Of a DNA stretch of 64,000 nt, positions 1 to 10,302 are shown piece by piece. This stretch comes from Bacteroidota bacterium (GTDB lineage Bacteria; Bacteroidota; Bacteroidia; Bacteroidales; GCA-2711565), in assembly GCA_018816945.1 (NCBI GenBank), contig JAHIVC010000010.1:69258-133257 (forward strand), read 5' to 3'. Numbering within the stretch: the first letter of the stretch is position 1; the number at the start of each line of letters is the position of its first letter. A program made the position numbers and the translations under genes. The notes beneath the pieces are model-generated. The model saw nothing but the letters and a program-made list of their open reading frames with translations. It did not search any database and had not been told where the DNA came from.

Positions 1-677
1 CCTATTTGCTTGCCGAATTTTTTTTCGTCGCCGAATACATCCAGCAAGTCATCTTGTAATTGAAACGCCATCCCCAAATGTTCACCGAAACTATAAATAT
101 TATCAATGTTTTCCTGAGTAGTATCACCGATAATGGCTCCAATTTTTAAACTTGCTCCAATAAAAACTGCGGTTTTTAGCCTGATCATGTTCAAATAGTC
201 CTGAATGGTAATCTGGGGCTGTTCTTCATAGTTCATGTCCAGTTGTTGTCCCTCACAAACTTCAATGGCTGTTTTATTGAAAACTTCTAAAATGTCCGGT
301 AAATACTTTGGGTCCGTTTTGGTGATGTATTTATAAGCCAATGCAAACATGGTATCGCCCGATAAGATAGCGATATTCTGATTCCATTTGCGATATACAG
401 TTTCTTTTCCACGCCTGATTGGAGCATCGTCCATGATATCATCGTGTAGCAAAGTAAAATTATGAAAGACTTCAATTCCCATAGCAGGGCTGATGATGTT
501 CTCAAACTTCCCGCTAAAAATATTACAAGCCAATAAAGCAATGACCGGTCTGATTCGTTTACCTCCCAAGGCTAAAGTATAAGCTATTGGGTCATACAAC
601 TCATGTGGCTCGAAATTAAAATTCTGATATTTTATGAATTCATTGAATTTTTGATAATGGTATTCATATTTCTGCAT
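1..677 (-). CDS. polyprenyl diphosphate synthase family protein (C-terminus cut by window edge)
   Basis: Own minus-strand translation from ATG at 677: MQKYEYHYQKF...LLHDDIMDDAPIRRGKETVYRKW...FQLQDDLLDVFGDEKKFGKQIG. Both Asp-rich DDxxD motifs are present. Missing from the ORF track because it runs off the window. Confidence 0.85.
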   Translation of the reverse strand, partial: MQKYEYHYQKFNEFIKYQNFNFEPHELYDPIAYTLALGGKRIRPVIALLACNIFSGKFENIISPAMGIEVFHNFTLLHDDIMDDAPIRRGKETVYRKWNQNIAILSGDTMFALAYKYITKTDPKYLPDILEVFNKTAIEVCEGQQLDMNYEEQPQITIQDYLNMIRLKTAVFIGASLKIGAIIGDTTQENIDNIYSFGEHLGMAFQLQDDLLDVFGDEKKFGKQI

Positions 678-686
678 CTCTTCTTC

Positions 687-1556
687 CTATTTCCCTTTAA
701 GCAAATTCATTAAATAATCTCCGTAACCGCTTTTAAGCAATGGTTGGGCAAGTTTTTCCAATTGAACAGCATCAATAAATTTTCTGCGGTATGCCACCTC
801 TTCAATACAGCCAACCTTTAATCCCTGTCGGCTTTCAATTACTTCAACATATTGACTGGCCTGCAGCAAAGAAGTGAATGTACCCGTATCAAGCCATGCC
901 GTTCCACGGCTAATAATTCCAACTTTAAGTTTTCCGGCATTCAAATAATGTTTGTTCACATCTGTAATTTCATATTCGCCTCGGGCACTTGGCTTCAGGT
1001 TTTTGGCAACTTCAACAACAGAGTTATCATAGAAATATAAACCAGGTACTGCATAATTTGATTTAGGATTTTTTGGTTTTTCTTCTATTGAAAGGGCCTT
1101 AAAATTTTCATCAAACTCAATAACTCCATACCTTTCAGGATCATTTACATGATAAGCAAAAACAACACCTCCATCAGGATCTTTTGCACTTTCCCATAAC
1201 AGATTTTGCATTCCGCTGCCATAAAAGATATTATCCCCCAAGATGAGCGAAACACTATCTTTTCCAATAAATTCTTCACCCAGCACAAAGGCCTGAGCCA
1301 AACCATTTGGAATTTTTTGTTCAACATATGAGAATTTACATCCTAATTGTGAACCATCGCCCAACAATTTTCTGAAATTTGGCAAATCTTCAGGAGTAGA
1401 AATAATTAGGATTTCATTGATGTTTGCCATCATCAGAATGGATAGCGGATAATAGATCATAGGTTTGTCGTAAATAGGCATAAGCTGTTTACTGACGGCT
1501 AATGTAAGCGGATGTAAACGGGTTCCGGATCCTCCTGCTAAAATAATTCCTTTCAT
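687..1556 (-). CDS. rfbA: glucose-1-phosphate thymidylyltransferase
   Basis: 289 aa; N-terminal nucleotidyltransferase signature [18 protein letters not shown] and full-length RmlA-like sequence. Confidence 0.95.
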   Translation of the reverse strand: MKGIILAGGSGTRLHPLTLAVSKQLMPIYDKPMIYYPLSILMMANINEILIISTPEDLPNFRKLLGDGSQLGCKFSYVEQKIPNGLAQAFVLGEEFIGKDSVSLILGDNIFYGSGMQNLLWESAKDPDGGVVFAYHVNDPERYGVIEFDENFKALSIEEKPKNPKSNYAVPGLYFYDNSVVEVAKNLKPSARGEYEITDVNKHYLNAGKLKVGIISRGTAWLDTGTFTSLLQASQYVEVIESRQGLKVGCIEEVAYRRKFIDAVQLEKLAQPLLKSGYGDYLMNLLKGK

Positions 1557-1560
1557 GTTT

Positions 1561-1595
1561 TAGATGTTAGATGTTAGAACTTAGATATTAGATAT
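1561..1595. repeat. heptamer word array: TAGATGT TAGATGT TAGAACT TAGATAT TAGATAT
   Basis: Five tandem 7-nt units read directly; the array begins 5 nt upstream of the rfbA start codon. Confidence 0.9.
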
Positions 1596-1701
1596 ATATT
1601 AAGTTAATCTGAAATCCTTTGTCCAATTTTTTATTTGCTCTTCTTGATATTGTATGTTATGTTTTGACTAATAATTTATACCATTAATTGTATACTTTAA
1701 G

Positions 1702-1729
1702 ATAATCTAAATTCTAATATCTATAATCT
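1702..1729. repeat. heptamer word array in inverse orientation: ATAATCT AAATTCT AATATCT ATAATCT
   Basis: Four tandem 7-nt units. Their reverse complement (AGATTAT AGATATT AGAATTT AGATTAT) matches about 22 of 28 nt of the 1561 array. The array ends 5 nt from the stop of the RND gene. Confidence 0.9.
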
Positions 1730-1733
1730 GGTT

Positions 1734-4136
1734 TTACGCAGATCCTCTGGTATCAAGATCTTCGATTTCCAAACTGTCAATTTCAATATCATCTTCTTCG
1801 TCGAATATGATCAATAAAGGTTCTTTGAACTTTTTCGTTGTGATAAACCTATCTAAAGATAATAAAAGTGAAGGCAGAATAAATAAATTTGAAAGCAAAG
1901 CCACGATCAAAGTGAACGATATTAAATAACCTAAAGCCTCAGTACCGCCAAAACTTGATAATGTAAAGATTGCAAACCCAAAAAACAGAACTACCGACGA
2001 ATAAACCATACTATACCCTGTTTCGCGAAGAGCCGCAATTACTGATTCTTTTATATCCCAGTTATTAATCTTTAATTGTAACCGATACCTTGATAAAAAG
2101 TGGATGGCATTATCAACTGATATTCCAAGCGCGATACTAAAAATAAGTATGGTCGATGGTTTAATTGAAATTGCAAAAACCCCCATCATTCCTGCAGTCA
2201 TTAATTGAGGAATTAAATTCGGGATTAATGAAATCCCAATCATTCGCGCTGAAGTAAACAATAAAGCCATGAGTGCTGAAATAATTACGAGTGCCAATAA
2301 TAAGCTTGCCATTAAGTTTTTCACCAAATAGTTAGTTCCTTTCAGAAAGACTACACTTGTTCCTGTGACCTTAACATCATACTTATCGGGAGGAAAAATC
2401 TTGTCAATCTCCGGAAGCAATTTATCCATAAGGATCTTGATCTCTTTTGTTCCAATATTTGCCATCTGAACACTTACTCTTGTTGTCTGTAAATCGGAGT
2501 CTACAAATGAATTAAGAATGGTCTTTTTGTCGCTTTCAATATCAGGGACATAGGAGAGGATAAAGTTTTTTTCCTGACTATTGGGCAATGCATACATTTT
2601 GTTATTGCCTTTATAAAATGCTTGTTTTGCAAATTTCACGACTTCGGCGATCGACAAAGGTTTTGATAATTCAGGATATTTGGCCAGCACTTGTTGAAGT
2701 TCATCAATTTTTTCAATATTTGATAAACGCATGACTCCCTTTTTTGTTCGTGTATCTATGGTAATTTCAAGTGGCATTACACCCTTAAAATGTTTTTCAA
2801 AAAATATCAAGTCTTTATAAAGTTGATCTTTTTTTGATATATCATCCACAATATTACCCGTCGTTTTTAGCATAGTAATCCCGATAAATCCAAATATCAG
2901 GACAACAACTGTTAAGATGTAAACAACCAAACGTCGATGCAATACAATCCTTATAACCCATTCAATTAATTTACTAACAATACTTTCATCCAAATGTTTG
3001 GTATGACGTTTAGAAGGCGGAGGCAAATAACTGAAAAATATCGGAATTAAGAATAAGGTAAGAACGAAAGCAAATAAAATGTTAATTGATGCTACGATCC
3101 CAAATTCAACCAATATTTTGTTACCTGTAACGATGAAAGCCGCGAAACCGGCTGCTGTAGTTGCATTGGTAAGCAAATTTGCATTTCCGATGCGCTGAAC
3201 AACCCTGGATAATGCTTTGACTTTATTGCCATGATTAAGATACTCATTGTGGTATTTATTGAGCAGAAAGATGCAATTTTCAACCACGATTACAATGAGA
3301 AGCGGAGGCAATATGCCGGTAAGTATTGTGATTTTATATCCCAATAAAGAAATGCTTCCCAATACCCAAACCACATTGATGACTACAATTAGGATGGTAA
3401 AAAAAACGACTTTGATCGATCGGAAAAATAATAATAATAGGATAGAAGCAATAATGAGCGCCCCATAAATGAAAAAATTTAATTCGTCCTCTACCATTTT
3501 TGAAGTGACAGTACGTATATATGGTAGACCTGAGTATTGGATTGGGATATGATGCTTTAAACTAAAAGTTTCAACTGTTTCTTTTATGTCGTAAATGAGT
3601 CCGACCCTGCTTTTGGTATTTAATTTTTCTTTGTCGAGGGTGATCATCATCATGGTGACATTACTTTCTTTATTATAAAGAAGGCCATCATAAAAAGGAA
3701 GGGAATAAATCACGTCCCTTAAGCTGTCAAGCTCTGATTGAGTTTTAGGTTTGGATTTAAAAACAGGTGTAAAATCAAATTTCTTTAATTCATCATTTCT
3801 GGTTAATTGATAAAGTTTAGCCAAAGAAACGACTTCTTCAACGCCATCTATTTCTTTTAATTTATGAGTTAAATCATACCAATCGTTGAACTCCTCCAGT
3901 TGAAAAAGTTTTTCATCTTGAACACCAACGAAAAAAACACTTCCGTCTTCTCCAAATTTCGCCCTGAAATTTTCATAATCAACACTTGCCGAATCTGAAG
4001 CAGGAAGCATTTTTGCCATTTCATAGGTAAGTTGAACTTTAGTGGCCTGATAACCCATAAAAACGGTGATCAACCCAATTATGATCAGATTTGCCAATCG
4101 ATTTCGAAGAATAATTCTAACAATATATTTCCACAT
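1734..4136 (-). CDS. RND/MMPL-superfamily membrane exporter
   Basis: 800 aa; two multi-TM hydrophobic bundles, each preceded by a large soluble loop, as in HpnN/MMPL-type RND permeases. Confidence 0.75.
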   Translation of the reverse strand: MWKYIVRIILRNRLANLIIIGLITVFMGYQATKVQLTYEMAKMLPASDSASVDYENFRAKFGEDGSVFFVGVQDEKLFQLEEFNDWYDLTHKLKEIDGVEEVVSLAKLYQLTRNDELKKFDFTPVFKSKPKTQSELDSLRDVIYSLPFYDGLLYNKESNVTMMMITLDKEKLNTKSRVGLIYDIKETVETFSLKHHIPIQYSGLPYIRTVTSKMVEDELNFFIYGALIIASILLLLFFRSIKVVFFTILIVVINVVWVLGSISLLGYKITILTGILPPLLIVIVVENCIFLLNKYHNEYLNHGNKVKALSRVVQRIGNANLLTNATTAAGFAAFIVTGNKILVEFGIVASINILFAFVLTLFLIPIFFSYLPPPSKRHTKHLDESIVSKLIEWVIRIVLHRRLVVYILTVVVLIFGFIGITMLKTTGNIVDDISKKDQLYKDLIFFEKHFKGVMPLEITIDTRTKKGVMRLSNIEKIDELQQVLAKYPELSKPLSIAEVVKFAKQAFYKGNNKMYALPNSQEKNFILSYVPDIESDKKTILNSFVDSDLQTTRVSVQMANIGTKEIKILMDKLLPEIDKIFPPDKYDVKVTGTSVVFLKGTNYLVKNLMASLLLALVIISALMALLFTSARMIGISLIPNLIPQLMTAGMMGVFAISIKPSTILIFSIALGISVDNAIHFLSRYRLQLKINNWDIKESVIAALRETGYSMVYSSVVLFFGFAIFTLSSFGGTEALGYLISFTLIVALLSNLFILPSLLLSLDRFITTKKFKEPLLIIFDEEDDIEIDSLEIEDLDTRGSA

Positions 4137-4376
4137 GCTTTTAAATTCTCAAATAATTGATTTAATCCGCTGACCCTTATTTGCTTGCTGTTTTTTAAAT
4201 CTGATTTTCAGGGACGCCGAAATTAGCAAAATTATCTGGAATAGAAAAATTAAAGGGAATTGATCTTTGTTAAATATTGATTTTAGTATAAACTTGTGGG
4301 AGATCAGGTCAGTTACATAGGTAAGTTACTTTTGTCGATAAAGAAATATCTAAGCCAAATAACGTCATTCATTTTA

Positions 4377-4384
4377 TATCTTTG
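4377..4384 (+). promoter_or_regulatory. putative -7 promoter box TATCTTTG
   Basis: Matches the Bacteroidota housekeeping-sigma -7 consensus TAnnTTTG; lies 20 nt upstream of ATG 4404. Confidence 0.45.
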
Positions 4385-4403
4385 CAATAATAGAAAGGGG
4401 ATA

Positions 4404-5327
4404 ATGAAAAAAATTCTGTTTGTTGATGAAACCCATCCTGTTTTGATCGAAAGTTTTGAAAAACTTGGATATCTGTGTGATTATAATCCGGCAATATTAA
4501 AAAGAGGGGATGATTTAAGTACTTATTTGGGGATTATTGTCAGGAGTAAAAAAATAGATAGAAATGTGATGCTGCAAGCTACCAGCCTTAAGTTTATAGG
4601 AAGGGTTGGTGCAGGAATGGAAAATATTGATGTTGATTTTGCCGAACAAAGAGGGATAAAATGTTTTAATGCTCCCGAAGGTAGTCGCGATGCTGTTGGT
4701 GAGCATACAGTAGCTTTGTTATTGGCTGTACTGAATAAAATTGTTTCGGCCGATGCAGAGGTAAGAAAGGGGATTTGGAACCGAAACGGAAATTGGGGTA
4801 CAGAAATCAAGGGTAAAACAATCGGCATTATTGGGTATGGAAATATGGGCAGCAGTTTTGCCCAAAAAATCAGTGGATTTAATGCCGAGGTTATTGCTTA
4901 CGATAAATATAAATTTAATTATTCCGATCGGTTTGTGACGGAAACAGACTTAAAAACCGTTTTTGAAAGAGCTGATATCTTAAGCTTACATGTTCCAATT
5001 ACTGAAGAAACACATTATATGGTTGATGATGTTTTTCTGCGAAGCTTTAAAAAAAATATTTTTTTACTGAACACTTCACGGGGCGAAGTGGTAAGAACTG
5101 CTGATTTGGTAAAACATTTAAAAACAGGAAAAGTACTGGCTGCAGGTTTGGATGTGTTGGAATATGAAAAACATGCTTTCGAAAAGCTGGAAGACCTACC
5201 GGAGGATTTCCAATATTTAAGTACTGCAAAAAATGTAGTCTTTACTCCCCACGTTGCCGGATGGACCGATGAATCCTATTATAAACTGGCGACGGTTTTG
5301 TTTGAGAAGATAAAGGCTATCCTGTAG
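4404..5327 (+). CDS. D-isomer-specific 2-hydroxyacid dehydrogenase (phosphoglycerate-dehydrogenase-like)
   Basis: NAD-binding IGIIGYGNMGS and catalytic-domain similarity. Start moved from the ORF-track GTG 4296 to ATG 4404 (MKKILFVDE) because the -7 box lies inside the extension. Confidence 0.85.
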   Translation: MKKILFVDETHPVLIESFEKLGYLCDYNPAILKRGDDLSTYLGIIVRSKKIDRNVMLQATSLKFIGRVGAGMENIDVDFAEQRGIKCFNAPEGSRDAVGEHTVALLLAVLNKIVSADAEVRKGIWNRNGNWGTEIKGKTIGIIGYGNMGSSFAQKISGFNAEVIAYDKYKFNYSDRFVTETDLKTVFERADILSLHVPITEETHYMVDDVFLRSFKKNIFLLNTSRGEVVRTADLVKHLKTGKVLAAGLDVLEYEKHAFEKLEDLPEDFQYLSTAKNVVFTPHVAGWTDESYYKLATVLFEKIKAIL

Positions 5328-6545
5328 TTACCATTCCAAAATCTTCCTGAAATCATATTCTTCAGGATTGATTAAATAGGCTTTTGCTGCATCATAATCG
5401 GCTTCTTCCAAATACTGCAAACTATGGTTGAAAACCAATTTTGCTTTTTGAGAGTTCATGTTCACCATGCGGGGTTTTATTTTCCCGTTTTTATCCTCAA
5501 CATCCTTCAAATAAAGTGGCGCAATATCACCCTTCGGATCGGAAGTGACCATGCAACCGGTAATCCCCTGATCAAATAAATACTTCACACCCATTCCTAA
5601 TAAATTGCAATACATCAGATCAAAGGCGGTAGGTTTTACACAGCGAATTTCGTAACCAAGCTCAACAGGCCTGCTTTTTACTTTAATATTCAACTCTTTA
5701 AGTTTTCTTGCCAGGAGCATGTTGAAAATATGAGCTTTGCTCACATTGCCCAGTTCAGGATGTCCATGGTCATCATAGGTAAAATTGATGTCGGTTGATT
5801 TTATTTCTTCATCGATCATGAAATGAAAAACGCCTTCACTGATAATCGCAACACCATAATCGACACCTAAAATTTTGCGCTTAACAATAGACGAAACTAA
5901 TAGCTTGATTATTTTCTCAAAAGTTACCTTGGTTTTATTAAACATTTCAGGAATCACAATCATAGGATAATGGCAGGCCCCACCAATTCCAAAAGCCAAA
6001 TGTCCGGCTTCGCGGCCCATGGCCGAAACCAAAAACCAATTACCGCTGGTACGTGCATCTTCATAAACTGTCGAAGCTATTCTAACACCTTCTTCTTTGG
6101 CCGATTGATAACCAAATGTTGGACTTCCTTCAGGTAATGGAAGATCATTATCAATGGTTTTCGGTACGTGAATATTTTGAATACTCACCCCATGTTCGGC
6201 CATGTATTTTGAAATACGGTTGGCAGTTGATGCAGTGTCATCTCCGCCAATGGTAACCAAAAGCTTCACATTGTTTTTTGTAAAAAAATCGGTCGTAAAT
6301 TCTTCATCCTTTGGCTTGTGCCGGCTCATTTGTAAGGCCGATCCACCAGTTTTTAAAATATCATCAGCGTATTTAAATCCAATCTCAACCATCAGTGGAT
6401 TTTCTGTGAACAAGCTTTGATAGCCTTTATTAAGTCCAATTACCCGGTATCCATCTTTTAAAAACACTTTTGAAACGGAACTGATTACCGAATTTATCCC
6501 CGGTGCAGGGCCTCCTCCACATAAAATTGCAATTGCTTTTTTCAT
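5328..6545 (-). CDS. pfp: 6-phosphofructokinase, probably pyrophosphate-dependent
   Basis: 405 aa PFK family (GGPAPGINSVI, PKTIDND). GGDDT in place of the GGDGS of ATP-PFKs argues for a PPi donor. Confidence 0.85.
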   Translation of the reverse strand: MKKAIAILCGGGPAPGINSVISSVSKVFLKDGYRVIGLNKGYQSLFTENPLMVEIGFKYADDILKTGGSALQMSRHKPKDEEFTTDFFTKNNVKLLVTIGGDDTASTANRISKYMAEHGVSIQNIHVPKTIDNDLPLPEGSPTFGYQSAKEEGVRIASTVYEDARTSGNWFLVSAMGREAGHLAFGIGGACHYPMIVIPEMFNKTKVTFEKIIKLLVSSIVKRKILGVDYGVAIISEGVFHFMIDEEIKSTDINFTYDDHGHPELGNVSKAHIFNMLLARKLKELNIKVKSRPVELGYEIRCVKPTAFDLMYCNLLGMGVKYLFDQGITGCMVTSDPKGDIAPLYLKDVEDKNGKIKPRMVNMNSQKAKLVFNHSLQYLEEADYDAAKAYLINPEEYDFRKILEW

Positions 6546-6571
6546 TGTTTGAAATTAGATTTAAGATTCAA

Positions 6572-6590
6572 CCTGCCTTCCGCAGGCAGG
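6572..6590. repeat. CCTGCC-TTCCGCA-GGCAGG hairpin element, copy 1
   Basis: 6-bp GC stem with a conserved loop, flanked by AGATTCAA on the left and heptamer words on the right; lies in the divergent pfp/mfd spacer. Confidence 0.85.
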
Positions 6591-6593
6591 GTA

Positions 6594-6628
6594 TTAAGAC
6601 TCAAGATTCAAGACTTAAGTATCAAGAC
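6594..6628. repeat. heptamer word array: TTAAGAC TCAAGAT TCAAGAC TTAAGTA TCAAGAC
   Basis: Five tandem 7-nt units directly after hairpin copy 1. Confidence 0.9.
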
Positions 6629-6657
6629 TAATTTTGGTTACCGCAGACAGCGATTAT

Positions 6658-6692
6658 TTACTACTTACTACTTACTACTGTCTACTGTCAAT
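6658..6692. repeat. heptamer word array: TTACTAC x3, TGTCTAC, TGTCAAT
   Basis: Tandem 7-nt units; shares the word CTACTGTCTACTGT with the arrays at 43.3-43.5 kb. Confidence 0.9.
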
Positions 6693-6760
6693 AATAATGA
6701 AACAAATATAAACAAAATGGTGTAACATTCAATTTAAAGCCGAGGCAGTTTTCAGGCATT

Positions 6761-6776
6761 TATTTTTGTAGTTTTG
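6761..6776 (+). promoter_or_regulatory. two adjacent putative -7 boxes, TATTTTTG and TAGTTTTG
   Basis: Both fit TAnnTTTG; they lie 30-45 nt upstream of the mfd TTG start. Confidence 0.4.
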
Positions 6777-6805
6777 CATCTGATTCAATAATTTGATAGA
6801 ACATC

Positions 6806-9800
6806 TTGAATTTAAAAAACCTATTAGTCACTTATAAAAAAAGTCCCCATTTTCAGCAGTTCAAGGATCATTTAAAGACTGAAAATTGCAAAATCAACCT
6901 GAAAGGATTGGTAGGGTCGTCTTTGCCATTATTTGCGGCAAACAGTATTTCTGAGCTTGCAGATATTCATGTTTTTGTATTGCCTGATAAGGAGTCAGCT
7001 GCATATTTTGCAAACGACCTGGAAGGTATTTTTGAAGAAAAATTCTCCACTTTTACCAAAAAGAAAATTTTATTTTTCCCGACTTCTTACAAGCATACTT
7101 ACGAGATCGAAGCTACGGATAATGTCAATTTGCAGTTAAGAACGGAGGTGCTTGAACGACTAAGTAATTCTACCCGAAAATCGGCCATTGTAACTTATCC
7201 TGAAGCACTTGCCGAAAAAGTAGTAAGTAAAAATTATCTGGCGAAAAACACCCTGAAATTAAAAATTGATGAACAGGTATCGATTGATTTTATGATCGAT
7301 ATTTTAATGGAATATGGGTTTGAACGATCTGATTTTGTAGTTGAACCCGGCCAGTTTTCAGTTCGTGGAGGAATCATCGACGTGTTCTCTTTTGCTGATG
7401 ATTTCCCGTATCGCATCGAATTTTCAGGTGAAGAAATTGAATCGATCAGAACTTTTGATCCCATTGACCAGCTTTCAAAAGATAAGTTGAGCAGAATTAC
7501 CATCGTCCCTAATGTGCAGGATCGAATGATTAACGAATCACGAGAGTCGTTTCTGGATTATTTGCATAAAAATTCAATCCTCTGGATTGAAAACATCGAG
7601 TTTACTGCCGATAAAATCGAGCAGGAATACAAAAAAGCGAATGAGAGTTTTGATAAGTTGGAAAGCTTAATTAAGCGTTTAAAACCCGAAGAACTCTTCA
7701 TCCAGAAATCTGATTTTAATCAGTCTTTAAATCAATTTACGGTTATTGAATTTAACGGTAATGCAAAACACGCCGATTTTTCGTTAAAGTTCAATACCCG
7801 ACCCCAACCATCCTTCAATAAAAAATTTGATCTACTCATTTCTGATCTAAAAGAAAATAGTCGTAAGGGTTTCGAAAATATCATTTTATCGGATAATCCG
7901 AAGCAAATTGACCGCCTCTATTCCATTTTTGAGGACATGCAGTTTAACTTAGAGGATGAAGGTAAGGTTAAGATTGACACCATCGTGCTTGCCCTTCATG
8001 AAGGCTTTATTGATGATGATCTGAAAATTGCCTGTTATACCGACCATCAGCTTTTTGACCGCTATCATAGGTTTCATTTAAAAAGCGGATACAAGAGCAA
8101 GGATGCCATCACACTTAAAGAGCTTTATGATTTAACCCCAGGCGATTTCGTGACCCACGTTGACCATGGAATCGGACGATTTGAAGGGCTCGAAAAAATT
8201 GAAAACAATGGCATTGAGCAAGAAGCCATCCGTATCAGTTATAAAAACAACGATTTGCTTTATATCAGCATTCATTCCCTTCACCGCATTTCTAAATTTG
8301 TTGGTAAGGATGGAAGTCAACCGGTATTGAATAAACTAGGCACTAATGCCTGGAATACGCTTAAAAACCGCACAAAGCAAAGGGTAAAAGACATTGCGAA
8401 GGATTTGATTAAATTGTATGCCGAACGTAAATCGGCTGAAGGTTACCAATTTATGTCCGATACTTATTTGCAACATGAGCTGGAGGCATCTTTTATTTAT
8501 GAAGATACGCCCGATCAGCTTAAAGCTACGATTGATGTAAAAAGAGATTTGGAACAACCGCACCCGATGGACCGCTTGGTTTGCGGTGATGTTGGATTCG
8601 GTAAAACAGAAATTGCCATTCGAGCAGCATTCAAAGTTGTGACAGATAGTAAACAGGTAGCTATACTTGTTCCAACCACCATTCTGGCCTTGCAACATTA
8701 TAAAACTTTTAGCGACCGCTTAAAAGATTTCCCATGTAAAGTCGAATACATCAATCGCTTTAAAAGTATAAAACAGCAAAAGGAAATTTTGAAAGATTTA
8801 AAAGCCGGGAAAATTGATATTTTAATTGGCACTCATCGTCTGGCCGGAAAAGACATCGATTTTAAGGATTTGGGTTTGTTAATCATTGATGAAGAACAAA
8901 AATTTGGGGTTGCTGCCAAAGAAAAACTCAAACAACTAAAAATTAATGTTGATACCTTGACATTAACCGCTACCCCGATACCAAGAACGCTCCAGTTTTC
9001 ATTAATGGGCGCTCGCGATCTTTCCATCATCAATACACCTCCCCCTAACCGTTATCCGGTTCAAACTGAAATCCGGCTTTTTTCGGAGGAGATTATTCGC
9101 GATGGGATTTTATATGAAGTTTCGAGGGGAGGACAAGTGTTTTTTGTGAATAATCGTGTGCAAAATATTCAGGATGTTAAAGTTATGATCGAACGGTTTT
9201 GCCCCGGTGTGAGCGTAGGAGTGGTTCATGGCCAAATGGACGGGAAAACCCTCGAAAGAAGGATGCTTGAATTTATTAATGGCGATTATGATGTATTGTT
9301 GGCTACAACCATTATCGAATCTGGGCTTGATATTCCAAACGTAAATACCATTTTTATTAATGATGCCCAGAATTATGGATTAAGTGATTTGCATCAATTG
9401 CGCGGGAGGGTTGGTCGTAGCAACAAAAAAGCATTCTGTTATTTATTGGCTCCGCCACTTTCGGTTCTTACCGATGAAGCCCGAAAGAGGCTAAAAGCAA
9501 TTGAAGATTTTGCAGATTTGGGTAGTGGATTCAATATCGCCATGCGCGATATGGATATTCGTGGAACAGGTAATATGTTGGGGGGAGAACAAAGCGGATT
9601 TATTTCGGAAATTGGATTTGAAATGTATAATCAGATTTTGGACGAGGCTATTTTGGAATTGAAAGAAAATGAGTTTAAAGATATTTTCAAAACCGATTTG
9701 GAAGAAAAAGAATTTGTAAAGGATTGTCAGATTGAAACCGACATGGAAATCCTGATCCCTGATCGGTATATCAGCAATATCACCGAACGTTTGAGTTTAT

Positions 9801-10189
9801 ACAAAGAGCTTGATAATGCAAAGGATGAAAAGACCTTAAACGATTTCTGCGAAAAATTAATTGACCGATTTGGGCCTTTACCTAAACAAACACAGGAATT
9901 GATCAATGCTGTTCAGTTACGATGGTTGGCAAAAAAAATAGGATTTGAAAGATTGATCCTGAAAAATAAACGCATGACAGGTTATTTTATTGGGAACGAA
10001 GAATCGGTGTTCTATCAATCAAAAATTTTCAGTAATGTGTTGAAATTTGTTCAAAACCATTCGGAGAAATGCAAAATGCGTGAAAAAAATGGTAAACTGA
10101 CCCTGACTTTTGAAAATATTTCAAAAGTTAATATGGCACTCCTGACTTTACAAGAAATGACAAATGTAGTTGATAATCAGTCAGAATAG
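6806..10189 (+). CDS. mfd: transcription-repair coupling factor
   Basis: 1127 aa; UvrB-like N-terminus, CarD-like RNAP-interaction region, superfamily-2 helicase motifs (GDVGFGKTE, DEEQKFG). TTG start. Confidence 0.95.
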   Translation: MNLKNLLVTYKKSPHFQQFKDHLKTENCKINLKGLVGSSLPLFAANSISELADIHVFVLPDKESAAYFANDLEGIFEEKFSTFTKKKILFFPTSYKHTYEIEATDNVNLQLRTEVLERLSNSTRKSAIVTYPEALAEKVVSKNYLAKNTLKLKIDEQVSIDFMIDILMEYGFERSDFVVEPGQFSVRGGIIDVFSFADDFPYRIEFSGEEIESIRTFDPIDQLSKDKLSRITIVPNVQDRMINESRESFLDYLHKNSILWIENIEFTADKIEQEYKKANESFDKLESLIKRLKPEELFIQKSDFNQSLNQFTVIEFNGNAKHADFSLKFNTRPQPSFNKKFDLLISDLKENSRKGFENIILSDNPKQIDRLYSIFEDMQFNLEDEGKVKIDTIVLALHEGFIDDDLKIACYTDHQLFDRYHRFHLKSGYKSKDAITLKELYDLTPGDFVTHVDHGIGRFEGLEKIENNGIEQEAIRISYKNNDLLYISIHSLHRISKFVGKDGSQPVLNKLGTNAWNTLKNRTKQRVKDIAKDLIKLYAERKSAEGYQFMSDTYLQHELEASFIYEDTPDQLKATIDVKRDLEQPHPMDRLVCGDVGFGKTEIAIRAAFKVVTDSKQVAILVPTTILALQHYKTFSDRLKDFPCKVEYINRFKSIKQQKEILKDLKAGKIDILIGTHRLAGKDIDFKDLGLLIIDEEQKFGVAAKEKLKQLKINVDTLTLTATPIPRTLQFSLMGARDLSIINTPPPNRYPVQTEIRLFSEEIIRDGILYEVSRGGQVFFVNNRVQNIQDVKVMIERFCPGVSVGVVHGQMDGKTLERRMLEFINGDYDVLLATTIIESGLDIPNVNTIFINDAQNYGLSDLHQLRGRVGRSNKKAFCYLLAPPLSVLTDEARKRLKAIEDFADLGSGFNIAMRDMDIRGTGNMLGGEQSGFISEIGFEMYNQILDEAILELKENEFKDIFKTDLEEKEFVKDCQIETDMEILIPDRYISNITERLSLYKELDNAKDEKTLNDFCEKLIDRFGPLPKQTQELINAVQLRWLAKKIGFERLILKNKRMTGYFIGNEESVFYQSKIFSNVLKFVQNHSEKCKMREKNGKLTLTFENISKVNMALLTLQEMTNVVDNQSE

Positions 10190-10302
10190 GTAAGTTTTAA
10201 ATCAATAAAATGAAGTTAATTAATCTTAACTAACTCAGGTTTTGCATTTAATTTTCCAAGCCCTTATATTTGATAGTCAATGAAATATAATTTAATTTTA
10301 AC

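Noticed and set aside
287-541. 84-aa minus-strand ORF from the track
   Set aside because: It lies out of frame inside the polyprenyl synthase gene, whose frame from ATG 677 carries both DDxxD motifs. The 84-aa product is low-complexity and has no motif.
4296-4403. N-terminal extension (GTG start) of the 2-hydroxyacid dehydrogenase
   Set aside because: The extension contains the TATCTTTG -7 box and does not look like dehydrogenase sequence. ATG 4404 gives the typical MKKILFVD start.
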